A stretch of 63,416 nt of DNA, filler included, from Reticulomyxa filosa (Eukaryota; Protista; Foraminifera), in the NCBI GenBank assembly GCA_000512085.1. It is 24 parts of 24 records of this genome, joined end to end, with 100 filler letters (N's around TTAATTAATTAA, not from the genome) between each part and the next. Parts side by side here need not be neighbours in the genome. Positions count along the whole stretch, not along the records: positions 24,261 to 25,647 come from ASPP01043390.1; positions 25,748 to 30,039 come from ASPP01020048.1; positions 30,140 to 31,313 come from ASPP01022245.1; positions 31,414 to 32,711 come from ASPP01041090.1; positions 32,812 to 36,781 come from ASPP01003561.1; positions 36,882 to 39,546 come from ASPP01017418.1; 18 more parts are not named here. The stretch is one strand, 5' to 3'. A program made the position numbers and the translations under genes. A model generated the notes under the pieces. It worked only from the letters and a program-made list of their open reading frames with translations. It had not been told where the DNA came from and ran no database searches. Of the stretch, positions 24,261-38,392 are shown piece by piece; positions within the stretch are counted from its first letter, which is position 1; the number at the start of each line of letters is the position of its first letter.

Positions 24261-25543
24261 GGAAAAGATAGAGACTGTGATCAGATTGGTTATATCACTT
24301 GGCCAACTCTAATTCGGTGTGACACCAATGAAGTATTAAATACTCCAATTTCTGCGTGTTATACCCCTTCTCTGGAGACGTGAAACACAATCCATTTTGA
24401 AATGAAGTAAAGTTGCTACAGAAATTTTTGACTGCGAATAAATAAGGATGATAAAGCAATAAAGGGTGACAGGAGAAAACATTTTTTGTTTTTTTTGAAT
24501 TACATAAATAAGACTTTGTCCAGTAAAAATTCAAAAAAATGCGAAAGACATATTGAAACATTTTTGTTATCTTTCATTCAAAAATTTTCATTAAGAAAAA
24601 TAGCAAAAAAATTGCATATTACTTGGGTTGATAATTACAGCTAGTCTTTGTGAAAAATACTTACCATACCTTAAAAGATGATAATTTTCATCACATGACA
24701 CAGTATATGTTATAATAAAATAGAAAGAAATTTTGAACGGTTCCTTGTCTAACGATTAAGTAGCATACCAATACAAAGTAGATTAAACTCAATAAAAGAA
24801 ATCCAAACTACAAAATTCATTTGTTATTAAGACATACAAATCTGAAGTTTTTCAAATCATGCAAGTGTAAAATACAAGTATAAACAACTACTTGGTCAGC
24901 AACTTATCCTTAGAAGGTATATACAATTTTTTTTTTGCAGTGTTAATCCACAGTTGATTTGCTTGTTAAATCAAACAAACAATAAAAAAAATAGTATCAC
25001 CTTAGTATACAGTAAGAAATAAGAATGTACCTGTCGGCTGATTTTTCTTTTTAGCTAAATTGCCCTTTTTTTTGCAAGTTAATGTAAAAAGGGGCAGAAT
25101 TTTAAAACTTTTACTCGAACATTAAATCTTTTTCACAAAAGTGACAAACATTGAATTGAGACAATTTGTTTACTGAATTTTATGTTTTATAAGTTAAAAA
25201 AGAGGAGCTTTTTCTTCTACGCAAATAAACGGAACAGAAACCAAAGACCAAGTTGAAAAGGGATCCTTTTTCTCCAAACAAAATTCTTCTTGTACAATTT
25301 AAAAAAAACAACAGACAAATAACGAATGTTTTTTCTCTTCGGTCTTTCGGTTTTTTCCGGCTAATACTCTATATCCTCTTTTTGGCTTAAAGTAGTGAAA
25401 TTTTCAAACTGTTTGTAACTACATCTTCAGAGAAAAGGGATACAACACGCAGAAATTGGAATATTCAATATCTCATTGGTGTCACATCGAATTAAAGTTG
25501 GCCAAGTAATATAACCAATCTGCTCACAATCTTTATCTTTTCC
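24261..25543. mobile_element. Non-coding element bounded by imperfect inverted repeats of about 125 bp (MITE/foldback-like)
   Basis: 24261-24385 (GGAAAAGATAGAGACTGTGATCAGATTGGTTATATCACTTGGCCAACT...) is the reverse complement, with mismatches, of about 25415-25543 (...AGTTGGCCAAGTAATATAACCAATCTGCTCACAATCTTTATCTTTTCC). Confidence 0.75.
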
Positions 25544-25920
25544 TAATATCTCTCTTTTAATATTAATATTTTTGGATTGAATTTGATGATTTAGTTGAGG
25601 ATTGGAAGTGAAAATTAAAGGATAAGGTTTGAATGAAGGTCTTGATANNNNNNNNNNNNNNNNNNNNNNNNNNNNNNNNNNNNNNNNNNNNTTAATTAAT
25701 TAANNNNNNNNNNNNNNNNNNNNNNNNNNNNNNNNNNNNNNNNNNNNTTCTTTGTCACGGCAGAGAATTTTTTAGATTAGAACATTGAGTACCTCAAGCA
25801 TGTCGTGAACAGTTTGAATGCTTAAAAGTTAGAAACGTGCTAGGAACAAAACGGAAAAAAAGGGATTATCCTTTTTGCAGTGTGATCAAATTTATATTTC
25901 TAAAGACTATAAAAAGCGCA

Positions 25921-28282
25921 ATGTCTGAAAGAAAGAAGAACTGGAGAGGAAATAAGGAGAAGAAATGGTTAGAAGAGGACATAGAAGAAGAAGAAGAAGA
26001 AGGATTTGCTGAAGATTTGGCAGAAGGAGACAAGTATTTAGCGATAAGACCAGAAGGTCCAATAACAGGAGCAGTGTGGGAGAACGGGAAATGGATTCAT
26101 GTTGGTCAGAAGCGGAAGCGTTTTAAATCGAAACATGAGGATGAGAATAATGATGAGTATTTGGATCCACATACGAACGTGGTGACAAATCCAAGAAAGA
26201 AGCAGAAATTTCTGATGAAAGTAGAGCAAGCAGAGATTGAGAAATTATCGAGAGAAGTGAAGCGTAAGAAACCTCCTCGAGATGTGAATCCATTATTGCA
26301 ATTAAAAGGAGAAGGAGAATATAAATTAGCAGAAAAATTTGAAGAATTGAATATATCAGAATATACAAAATATATGTTAAAAGAAAATAAATGGACATAT
26401 ATGACAGATATTCAAAAATTATGTATTCCACATGGATTGGTAGGAAGAGATATATTAGGAGCAGCAAAAACAGGTTCAGGTAAAACATTATCATTTGTAA
26501 TACCATTAATAGAAAATTTATATCGTAAAGCATGGCATGTAGAATTAGGATTGGGTGCATTAGTATTAGCTCCAACAAGAGAATTAGCATTACAAATATT
26601 TGAAACAATTCGAATGGTAGGAAAACGAATGAGACATTTATCAATAGGATTAATTATTGGTGGACAACATTCAAAAATGGAAGAAGAAAAGAATTTAATT
26701 GGAAGAATGACAATATTAGTAGCAACACCAGGAAGATTATTATCTCATTTGGAACAATCATTTGAATTAAATGCTAATCATTTACAAATATTAATATTAG
26801 ATGAAGCTGATGTAATGTTTGATGTTGGTTTATTTAATCAAGTTCAAACCATTTTGGAATATTTACCAAAAAAAAGACAAACAATGTTATTTAGTGCAAC
26901 ATTAACAATGGATATTCTTCATTTAGCAAATTTATCTTTACGAAGACCTATTTTAATTCCTTTAGATGCACCTAATTCACAAGCTTTACCCACACAATTA
27001 ATGCAAACTTATATACAAATTCCTTTAGAACAAAAATTAAATTTATTATGGTCATTTATGCAAACTCATATTAATGATAAAATTCTTGTATTTTTTGCTA
27101 CTTTAAGACAAGTCAAATTTGCTCGTCGAGTATTTAATAAATTACGTCCATTCTCTTCTTTACTTGCTTTACATAGTGAAATGAAACAATTTAAACGTAT
27201 GGCAATGTATCAAAAATTTAAAATTGCTAAACATCGTACTGTTTTATTTGCTACTGAAATTGCTGCTAGAGGACTTGATTTTCCTAATGTTGATTGGGTT
27301 ATCAATTTTGATGTTCCTTCTCATATTCATTCTTATATACATCGTGTTGGACGAGCTGCACGATTAACACAAAAAGGAAATTGTATCACTTTTCTTATTC
27401 CACAAGAAATGCCTTTTATTCAAGAATTACAAAAATTTAATATCTCTGTTCGAAAATTAGGAATACATACACAACAATTAAAATCAATTACCCCACAAAT
27501 TCGTACTCTTCTTGCTACTGATGATAAAATGCTTCAATTAGCAAAAAAATCCTTTTTCAGTTTTCTCAAATCCTATTATCGTCTTGCATCTTCTAATCCC
27601 TTGTATATTCGTCCTGATCTTTTAGATAAAGATCTTTTGGCACAAATGTTTGGATTAATGCATACTCCTAATTTTTCTCATATTGTTTCTAAATATACAA
27701 AAAGTTATTTATATATTTATATATATTCATTTATTAATATATATATATATATATATAAATATATATATCATTTCATATACAGGTTCTGAATTTGATCAAC
27801 CCAAGAAAATCAACAGTCTCAAAGATAATTCTATACCACAAGATCTTAAAATGCTTTTATTAGATACCAAAAAAAAGCAACGACAATCTCAAAAACTAAA
27901 ATCCTTAACTCTTGCTTCAAGTTCTATTAATCCCAATAATCCACAATTACTCACTCCTTTGGATCAAAGATTATCAGATGCTGCTAAAAATACTGCTCTT
28001 AATATGCCTTCTCACTCTCTACCTCTTCAACGTGATACAAGAATTGCCAAATCTCAACTTGCTATGCTTGTTCCTGATGTTGAAGATCATCCCAAATCCA
28101 ATGTTAATCCACCTCCATCATCCTCTTCTAAACCAGATATCAGTGAATGGTTGGAACAAGATCTTAATGATTTCCTCGATGACATAGATGATAATGCAGA
28201 TGATGATTATACTAATACAAATACAAAGAATAATGAAGATATTCTCGAACAAAGTGCATTACAAGCCATTTTAAATCGATAA
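25921..28282 (+). CDS. DDX10: DEAD-box RNA helicase DDX10/DBP4-like; one intron (27704-27782)
   Basis: Q-motif MTDIQK, GRDILGAAKTGSGKT, GLGALVLAPTRELALQIF, DEAD, SAT, ARGLDFPNVDWV, HRVGRAAR. Confidence 0.9.
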
Positions 28283-29228
28283 GCTTTTGTTTGTTATTAT
28301 AATCTTGTTATTATTAATTAAAGTACTTTTGATATATTTTCATCTACAATGTTTTATCCAATCACAAAAAAATGATACTTTTCTTTTTATGTGTTTGTGT
28401 GAGAGAGAGAGAAGGGAAAAAAACGTAATGGATCGTTTTCAGATCTCAAGATGAAAAATCAAAATACATTTAATGAATTATTTTGTTGTTTTGTTAACCC
28501 ATTTGCATCTTTAATTTAAGCATGTGGCAAGAACACTATCCCAAACAAATTTTGAAACATGTAACAAGTAAATCATTTTTTTTTCTGCATATTGCTTGAG
28601 GTTGATATTAAATTTCAATGTTTTTGCTGACAAATCGATGAAAATTATCCAAGATTTGTAATTTTTTTGTTCTTACAAGAACATTTAGTCAAGAATAAAC
28701 TAGTTTTGTCACCAGGGGAGAAACTTTCAAATTGTTGCCACGTCGGACAATAACAAAAAAGTCTCCCAAAAGCAAAAAACAGAAAACTGTAATTTGATAA
28801 AATATTCATAGTTCGTCTTTCATTGGCTCAATTTTTTTGTGTCATGTTTTCAATTTTTTTTTATGGATATCACACGCCGGATAAAAACTTTTTCTTTTGC
28901 TTTTTTTTTTAGCTAGTGCTGAAATATTTTTTTTAGTACTTACTCTATTCAAAAAAAAATGATTTTGGTGATAATATCGATTTACGAATAAGAACGCGTT
29001 TGTCGCAAGTTCGAAATAAAGATTCTAGTTAAGGTCAAAAGGAACCTAAATGCGCGTTTTTGTCATCTTTACCATGTGTTCAAAACCCACAGTTTACGAT
29101 AATCCAAAATATGGGCGAAACAAATCAAAAATGTGGACACCATATGTTTGTGTCCCCCCCCCCTTTCCTAAAAAACCAAAAAACGAAAAAAGATTACGTT
29201 AAAATGTTTGGACAAACATAAATAGTTT

Positions 29229-29969
29229 TTAATATGTGTATCCAGCTTTGAACAAGGATTTTTTTGACTCTTCCGACGCAGCAAATCCATCATATTTTCC
29301 TAATTGAGCGGTGCTGTTAGCACGAGCTCGCAAAAGGAAAGCATCTTGAGCTGCCTTCACATTGTGATCATCACCTTTCCAAGCTTTCAAGCACGAGTCT
29401 TGCAAAGCTCTTCCGTAACTGAAAGACGCACTCCATGGCAAATGAGTATCCAATTTATTGATTTCATTCAAATGCAAGGTGGCTTCTTCCTCACTTTGTC
29501 CTCCCGACAAAAACTATTCATTTCCACGTCATATATTTTTATTTTTTTTTTAAGTTAATTTATTTTAATATAAAAATAAAAGCAAAAAAAAAAAAAATTA
29601 ATTACCACAATGCCAGGAACAGCAGAAGGAACAGTGCGTCTCAAAGCACGAATTGTAGCTTTGGCATTGGCTTCAATGGAACGTTTGATTTTGTTTCCAT
29701 CTCCAGGCAAAACCATATTCGGTTTCAACAAGCTGCCTTCCAAAATGACTTCTTGATCACTCAAAGCTTTGTAGCAAGCAGCAAGTATCTTTTCGGTCCA
29801 ATAGCAGCCCACTTCCAACGAATGGTCTCCATCCATCAACAGCTCTGGTTCAACTATTGGCACTAATCCATTCGCTTGACAAATTGACGCATAGCGAGCC
29901 AACGTCCAAGCTGTTTCTTGAATCGAGTTGTTACTGATGTAACCATTTTGAATTTTCAGCACTGCTCTC
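29229..29969 (-). CDS. Class I fructose-bisphosphate aldolase, last two exons
   Basis: [62 protein letters not shown]-terminal Tyr. Confidence 0.96.
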
Positions 29970-30139
29970 CTATTTCCACAAAAGGAGGGAGAGGGTTATA
30001 AAAAATTCTTTTTTAAAAAAAAAGGGGGAGGGGGAGGGGNNNNNNNNNNNNNNNNNNNNNNNNNNNNNNNNNNNNNNNNNNNNTTAATTAATTAANNNNN
30101 NNNNNNNNNNNNNNNNNNNNNNNNNNNNNNNNNNNNNNN

Positions 30140-30330
30140 TAATAAACAAAATGAATCAAAAATACGTTACATTAGTATTCGAGGAGAAGCAGTAAGTGGA
30201 AAAAGTGTGTTGTCTCAAAGAATTGCATATTTGTGGGGAAATCATCAAATGTGGGATCATCAATTTCAATATCTATTGCATATACCTTTGCGAAAAATTG
30301 TCAATGCTTTTTTTTACTTGATATTTGGTC
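30140..30330 (+). pseudogene. NACHT-type NTPase fragment
   Basis: YISIRGEAVSGKSVLSQRIAYLW..FQYLLHIPLRKI: altered Walker A followed by an early stop. Confidence 0.7.
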
Positions 30331-30559
30331 TGTGTATTCTATTGTTTAGATTCTGGTTTCGCTTGTTTACTTGAATCAGCTCCCCTTTTCAGAATTTTTT
30401 TTTCAAAGATGCAACACTTGATAAATCTGACTGTCTTGGCCTTTCTACTTCTCACAAATAAATTATCAGTCAATGCACTCTTGCTTTGATCATGACTTTG
30501 ACAATGTCCTGAACCGATCAAACCTAATGACTAAAGCTCGCCGACACAACTACAAAACA

Positions 30560-31313
30560 ATAAAACAAAAAAATAAAGTTGAAATCCAAAAGGTTTGATG
30601 ATCCGTATTGAACTGTAAATAACAAAGATAAAATTGCTTAGCAAGCAAATCAAAACAACTATCAAAAAAATTAAAAATCATAAGTTTTTATTTAATATTG
30701 TAAGTGATTTAGTTCACTTTTTTTTCATCCAGTTCACATCTCGAAAATTTGTGACTTCTAAAGTGGTTATCAGTGTTGTTTGAATATTTGTAAAATTCAG
30801 AAAGGTAGGAAAAGCTTGAAGAGTTTGAAGAATTAGAATATCTTGAAAATTGATAATACGATTTTCACGGACCAAAGTGGTCCTTCCTAAAAAAAAAACA
30901 ATTGAATATTTAAATAAAAAAAAATATACTTAACTAGTCAGTGGAGCCACTAACACGATTAAATAATCGGATGCGTTTGATCTTTACCAAAATTACCAGT
31001 ATATAACAGCGCAGCGACTCTTATACTTTGAACAAGATAATTAACATATTCATCAGTTAAAAAAATGAGGTAAAATCAATTAAAAAATTCATTTTTTAAT
31101 TTAAAAAAATTTTTATTTAGTCTCATTATAAAAAAATTGACATCATTTTTATATATTTTTTATTTAAATTTTTATTATATAATAATTGTAAATCTTTAAT
31201 TTATTTTCAAAATTTCTTAATATCAATATATACATTTATGACAAAAATATTGTGTAACAAAATTGAAAAAAAAATCAGTATTTCTTTCAAACTCTTTTGA
31301 AAATATATACAAT
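30560..31313. repeat. Dispersed repeat, homologous to 21301-21360 and 19596-20285
   Basis: AAGTTGAAATCCAAAAGGTT..CGTATTGAACTG is shared with 21318-21357 and is followed by the block of about 700 bp. Confidence 0.8.
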
Positions 31314-31464
31314 NNNNNNNNNNNNNNNNNNNNNNNNNNNNNNNNNNNNNNNNNNNNTTAATTAATTAANNNNNNNNNNNNNNNNNNNNNNNNNNNNNNN
31401 NNNNNNNNNNNNNAGGCTTATTTATTTACTTACACGTGTACACTTAAAAAAAAAAAAACAAACT

Positions 31465-32520
31465 TGCTTAAAATTTTCCCACTTTTGGTTTGAATCTTGA
31501 AATATTTTGTTAAGAATGGGCAAATGTTGTTGATCTTTGCTTGATTCATGCTCTATCTTGTAATTTTGCCAAATATTGTGGAAAATCAAACTTTCACGTC
31601 TACTCAGTGCAACCTTCATTGACTGTTCATGCTCTTCCAATAGCTTGATTTCTTGGGCATAGCGATCTTTGACGTTTAAGAACCCTTGCATTTCCCAATG
31701 ATCACTTTCTTTTTTGAGTGTTTTGAGTTGTTCGGACAAATACTCTTCGATCAAATAACAATCATATGCCTGCTTGAATGTGTTAATTAAGTTTGAGAAT
31801 TGTTCGTACTCTTTTATCACTTCATCCAAAGCCGTGGAACGAGTAGAAGAAAGCCCTTGGATAGCCTTTAAATGTTTTATTAAATATTTGTAAACGCAAA
31901 TGGGAAGCAAGGCCTTGTTTTCTATTAAATGAACCCACATCTTGTTGAAAAAGTCTAGCAATTGTGTTTGCATTGGGTTTTCCAGTTCAAACCATAATTG
32001 GCAATTCAAGCAATAGTCCAAATTTTGACAAAGCTTTTTACTGGCTGACTCCATATTATCCTTATTTAACTCTTCCATCGATGGAATATCATTCATTTTA
32101 CGAAGTATCTTCTCCCACAAATCTGACTTTGTATCTCCGCAATCGTAGATGATTTTGATTTCGTCTGATGTCCACTTTCCATTGTTTAAGTACAATTCGC
32201 ACTCTCTTTTATCCAAAATTGTCATGAAATCAGAATGATATAATTTGGCATTTTGGAATGTGGAAGAAGATGCCAATTCAATGACTCTGGAGTGAAATGG
32301 TTGCTCGTTATGAGAATGCTCTCCCTCTTCACTTTCGTTCCTATCCAACCATTTCTTGAAGTATTCTTTGAGTAATTTGTACAACACAGAATCCACAGTG
32401 ATTTCAGAATCTGCCAATAGTTTAATCCAATGCGACCGACTTGCTTCACTTTTCAAAAGCTGTTCCAAAATAGAAACGGTCAGTTCTTCACTTGGGATCT
32501 TTACATACAAAAATAAATAA
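31465..32520 (-). CDS. Internal exon of a large alpha-helical protein of unknown function
   Basis: 362-codon open frame with intron-like flanks. Confidence 0.7.
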
Positions 32521-33334
32521 CAGCTTCTTTTGTGTATAGTTGTTGGATTGAGCTGAAGAAAAAAAAAAAAAATGATTTGATAAAATATTACGAAACAGTC
32601 CGTGTCAAGTTTATCATAACAGCCAATCCTTGAGGAGTGGCTTTGTCACAAAAAGGTTTAATTATCGTTGCTATGATACTTTCATTTTTCCTTCTATTTA
32701 TTCATGACAGANNNNNNNNNNNNNNNNNNNNNNNNNNNNNNNNNNNNNNNNNNNNTTAATTAATTAANNNNNNNNNNNNNNNNNNNNNNNNNNNNNNNNN
32801 NNNNNNNNNNNAAAAAGGGTAAAAAAAATTTATAACAAAAAAAAAAAAAGAATGTAATAATAAAAAAGAAAAAAAGGTAGTAATAAAAAAGAAAATGAAA
32901 TAATAAATAAGAAGAAAAAAAGGGGAAAAAAAATGTAGCAATAAAAAAAAAAGAATGCAGTAATAAAAAAGAAAAAAAATGGATAAGAAAAAAAGAAAGA
33001 AAATAATAAGAAAGAAAAAAAAAAAATAACAATGAAGTGAAAAAAAAATTAAATTTTTATATTTGGAAAAATGTTATCCGCTCGAGGATAACAACAAAGT
33101 TAAGTGATATATCTTTTTTTATGTGTGCTTGTTTGAAAAAAAACAAATTTGAAACATACTTAACACACTATAGAAATTTGGCTGTTGTAATATATCTGAA
33201 TCAAAACAATGTAAACATTGACCTTTTTATTGTACAGGTGTGAAATGAAACAAAGAGAAAGAAGACAAAGCGAAAAAAAGAATAGATTAATGAAGGATGA
33301 AAAAGAAACACAAGCGAAACATGGAGCATTTCCA

Positions 33335-34995
33335 AGACTTAATTGGTATGAACTCGTGTGGAAGATAATAAAGTTGTGATATTCAATTTGATTACAAAGA
33401 ACTGTGGTTATTACATTAAGAAAGATTGGAAGGAAATTATTGAATGGAGTATTTTATTCTATGATGGAATGCCTTTGAAAGAATATTGGGGTTAAAAACA
33501 TTACTTTTGTCTTTCTTTCTAAACAGTTTTCATTAATTATTGTTTGTTGTTTTTGTGTTTACAACAACTAGGATACACTAAGTCCACTGGTGACAAGACA
33601 CAAAGATGTTGGATCGATCGACAATATCAAGAGTACAATCTCCAATCGTTCAATACAAATTGGTGGGATATTATGCAAGACGAAATTCGAGCCAAGAAAA
33701 TAAAATACATTTTCGCAATGCACAAACTCTAAATGCTACATCATGTCGTTGTAGTAATGCCTGCATTCTCAAGGGTCATCCGTCTCGGCTACCTGACTCA
33801 AATTGCATACTGTTTAAATCGTTTTGTCACGAACAGTCAAATATCAGATTCCAATTGTTGTGCAGTCTGAATATAATTGCATTTATTAATGTTCAGAAAC
33901 AAATAATTTGGGATCGGCTTACAAATTATTAATTGACACATGGGAAACAATCTACAATTACATTACCAATCTCAAAATGCAACAATATCATCAATCGCAA
34001 TCAAGTATAACAGAGGTGATGTGGACCTAATTCATTAACAAAATGTGATCCGATCTTCTCTTGGTATGTTACAATCACAATTCAAAAATAGATTGCTTTG
34101 TAGTACGTTCATAAATCTATACACGCAATAGATCCAATCCAGGAAAGACAGTTTTATCAGAGTTGTGGTGAATGCAAATGCGAGTGGGAGTGAATAGAGT
34201 AAATAAAATCAATAATAGAAGGTCTACATTACTTTTGTTATATTTTTAGTTGTTGTGATATGTTTTAATCAAAACAATATGAACATGGACCTTTTAGGCT
34301 TCGAGTGAAAGAAAAAGAAGTGATGAAGAAGAAGAAAAGTAAATTAAGAAAGTTGGAAAAAAAAGAAGAAAAAATGTCGATCAAGCATATGAAATATGTC
34401 AAGAAATATAACAAATGTTCATGAATCGTGCAAGATGAACTTATCGAGAGAAATAAATGGCAGTGTAAACAAAGGCAATTGATACAGTCCCTAAAATGTG
34501 TCACCAAAATTATTAATTGTTATGAATGATATTAATGGAAGCAAAGCGCAGTGACAATGGATATTATGTGTTAATGACCACACAATAACATCCAGATTAA
34601 TATACACTACTATCAATCAACTCATCATACATATAATCGATCAAATATCCGTCGTCGTTCATATGTATTTGCGATTATTATATGTGGCTCCCGATGTTGA
34701 CAACCAAAGATGCATGGAGATATTTCCGATATAGAATTGGTATGATCTTCGTGTCGATTTGGTGGAAGATATTAATGTTTGGTATATTGCAATTTGATTC
34801 AAAAGAATAGTGGTTATTATCATCAAGGAAGATTGGAAGTAAATGATTGAATTGGATGATTTGAAATGTCTTTGAAAGAAAATTGAAGTTAAAACAACAT
34901 AATTATTTTTGTCTTTCTTTTAAAGCAGTTTGAATTAAGTTGCTGTTTGTTTTTTGTATGTTTACAACAACTAGGATATATTAAGTCCACTGGTG
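33335..34995. repeat. Diverged direct repeat pair (about 33335-33592 and 34720-34995)
   Basis: Shared TTGGTATGA, CAATTTGATT, GTGGTTATTA, AAGATTGGAAG, TTTGTCTTTCTTT, TTTACAACAACTAGGATA..TAAGTCCACTGGTGA. Confidence 0.8.
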
Positions 34996-35697
34996 ATATA
35001 GGTGGTAGAATCGCAAATGAAGAAGAAGAAGAGGATGCACAGAAATGCAGAAGCAAGAACTGCTGTCTTAATTAGAACGGAGTTATCACAAAAACTAAAA
35101 AAAAATTTAACATGCAAGCGATACGTCGAAGGTAATAATATAGTAACCCTCCCATAATAAACAGCATCAACAGTGGTGAATGGTGTCAATGCGAGAGACA
35201 CATGGAAATGTTAGATCGTGAATCTGATATCACTTAACACACCGTCACCTCTATCAAATAGAAGTACGTCACCAAAACGAGGTCATGTATAGGTCAGTGT
35301 AACGTTTCCATACGCGCCGTCAATAAGCACTAGATAATGTCAGAGGGATGCTTATCATAAGAATACTTCCTTCATTCAGAACGGATACATCGCTGCAGGG
35401 AAGGACAATATTTTATAATCGTCGCAAGTTTTGCTTTTGTGCATGTCTGAGTGGCTCCAAAAAAAAAATACATATATATTTTTAAAAAAACAAAGAATTT
35501 AATTGGGGAACCATCAAAGAAGTAAGGCAGCTGAGAGAAGTAATGGTAAATCTAAAGCAAACTTTGGAGTTCCATAGAAATAATTAAATATGCTACCTAC
35601 CCTCTTTCCATGGCATTGCCAAGTCAGAAAGTGAGATAGATTAAATACAAGTACAAAATGACGTACCCACCAAAGCAAATTGTCAGTTAACAAGACA

Positions 35698-36628
35698 ATG
35701 CAATATGCAGATGAAATACTTTTTGCAGTCAAAAAGCAAATCAACATTTCAATTAAAGAGTTGCACGACATTAACGAACAACTTCTCCAAATGTCGCAGC
35801 ATGAAAAGGCTTTTGCAAATGGAAATGCAAGCATGCAAGCATCAAGTGGATGAAATAAATGATCATCAGCTTGGGTTGAAACAAGCATATGAAAGTATTG
35901 ACAGCGAAAATCAATCCCTCAACAGTTTTGCAAAAATCTAAATAATTTTTTTCAGTCTCTTTTTGGATTTCTTCCTTTTGTCTTGTTTTAAAAACAGAAA
36001 GTATCGAAGCTTTGATATTGAAGCTGGCAAACCAAAGAATTTTTCATAAATTGCAATCTTTTATCGAAAACATTCAAAAAATTGATGTAATTGTTGAAAC
36101 AGTGAAAAAAGAGAAACCAGAAAAAATTATGGACCTGTTTCAAAAGATTACAACTTTGTTTGCATCCACGTTAAACCAAGCGCAAATCTTTAGTTGCTTT
36201 ATTTCCTTTTCAAGTGCAATTCTGACAAATGATCTATAAAATAAACGGCCAAAAAAAAAAGGAGTCAAAGCCCCAAAAGGAAATTCAAAGTTATGGTCGG
36301 GAGATATTACTACGTCGCAAATATTTCAATATCATTCAAGAAATCAAAGAGAACATTCGCGTATTTTGTCGAATTCGATGTGGTGAAACAATGTCTGTCG
36401 AATTTTTGAGTGAGTGCACACAAGACACGTGCATATCATTGGGAAGAGACCAACTGGCAGTTCATTGCAAGTCATAACAGTTTGCAAATGAAAAACAAAG
36501 TCTGAAACAAAAACACAGTCTGTTTTGATCACCTTTTTGAGTCTAGTGCAACCCAAGAAGAAGAAGTGTTTGAGAGTACCAAACAATTTATCACATCATT
36601 TTTGGATGGTTATAACGTTTGTATTTTT
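35698..36628 (+). pseudogene. Kinesin-14 (C-terminal motor) gene, neck and start of motor; appears frame-disrupted, 3'-incomplete
   Basis: LLRRKYFNIIQEIKENIRVFCRIR, then in another frame FDHLFESSATQEEVFE..ITSFLDGYNVCIF; TAA at 36475-36477. Confidence 0.75.
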
Positions 36629-38014
36629 GTTAAGTATCTTTGTCGTTTGTTTATTTGTGAAATGTGTTGAGCAAGAAGGAATATATATATAAAAGCATTA
36701 AAAACATCTTGCACTTTCAGAAACATATATATATATGTGTATATATACGTATATGTATGTATAATTGTAATGCCTCCAATGNNNNNNNNNNNNNNNNNNN
36801 NNNNNNNNNNNNNNNNNNNNNNNNNTTAATTAATTAANNNNNNNNNNNNNNNNNNNNNNNNNNNNNNNNNNNNNNNNNNNNTCATTAAGACGTAATTTAC
36901 AACTCATAAATGTTTATTTTAAAAAATGTGAAAGTTGCAATTTTTTGAATATTTTGATATTTTTTGGCAAAACAACCTAAAAAAGTATTGTGCTTGTGCA
37001 ATTTTGATTCAAAAACAATTTAACCACATATAATTAAAAATTATAATTGTTTTTTAAAGTGAATCTTAATCAAATATTATTCACTTTTTCTTGCATAATG
37101 ATTTTTCTGTAGAAGAGAAAAAATTTTTCCCTTTTTAGAAAAAGTTCTTTTGGACATTACAAATATGGTTTTGGCTCTTCGAACAACATAACAAAATAAA
37201 ATTCTACAGCATGTGACTCCATCTGAGAGTTTATTCACCAATGTGCTCCTCTGCAAAAGTGTAACAGCTGCCGAAAAAGAAAAAATAGAGTCAATGTAAA
37301 TCCAAGACTCCAAAATAACAACACCATTCGAAAAAAAGGTGCTCCAAACAAATACGCTTGTATAATCAACATTCTTGCATCTTTTCAATTAGATAAAAAT
37401 TTTAAAAAAGGATTATTTGTTTAAAAGAATATGGCACTCATATTATAAGTTAGTTCGATATTCCGAAAGATTTTAACAAATACTTTTGAAAACAGTTCCA
37501 AAAATGTGAAATTAAACATAATTATTTGTAAACGATACAATGGAATATGTCCTCTTTTTTTGTTGTATTTTAATGTCAACTAACACAATAAATCTTTTAA
37601 AAATGCGAAGTTGCGTAAATCATATAGTGTATTTGCAAAATACGTATAAATAAGAATTATTGTCTTATGACTTAACATTCCATAAAAGATCAATCAAAGA
37701 CAATAATGTCTTTTCACAATACTGAATACTTCCAATGCATGCTTTAATGGTTTCCAATAAAGTGTGTTTATCTCGCCATCTTTTTTTTTTTGTAGCATAA
37801 AAAGAACGAATAATTTGTAGACACAAAATAGTCACACCTACACCCATCACAAAGAAAATAAATAAAAAGATAAACATGATTTGTTTTTGGTGTTGATCGT
37901 CTATAAAGTGAACAAAATCCTCAATCTTTTGGATCAATAAGTAATTCACAAAATTCACAACAATATAGACACAAAACTACGGCCAGGGTGTAACTTCGTT
38001 CATGAAAAAGAAGA

Positions 38015-38392
38015 ATGAGATCATGTATCTCTTTGCCTTCACACATGATTGATAGTCAGTGTGTGGCTTTCAATGCTGAAGTATTGATATGTGGAAGTAT
38101 ATCAAACGGTGACTGTTACTCGTACCACGTAGTGAAGGAGGAGTATAAAAAAATAGCAGAGTATCCGTGGAATGTAGAATTGCAAGGACATAGTGTAATT
38201 AAGTGTGATGTGGAAGCCGAAAAAGGCGAAGACAAAAACATAGTAACATTACTTTCCTTTGGTGGGAGTCCATATCATGGACGCCACACCCTGATGATGA
38301 GGTATCAAAGCGTATGGAGTGGTGAGTCAAGCAAAAAGGTGGAAAACAGATGGCTGCCATTGGCAAATGGGGAGATAATCGACCCACAATGA
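38015..38392 (+). pseudogene. Kelch-repeat family fragment (truncated)
   Basis: SQCV....EVLICG....DCYSYH..K.EYK.I..YP..V.L.GH.V..VTLLSFGG..HTLMMRY.SVW. Confidence 0.75.

Noticed and set aside
32812-33030. A-rich quasi-tandem repeats
   Set aside because: Low-complexity sequence with no CRISPR-like or telomeric unit
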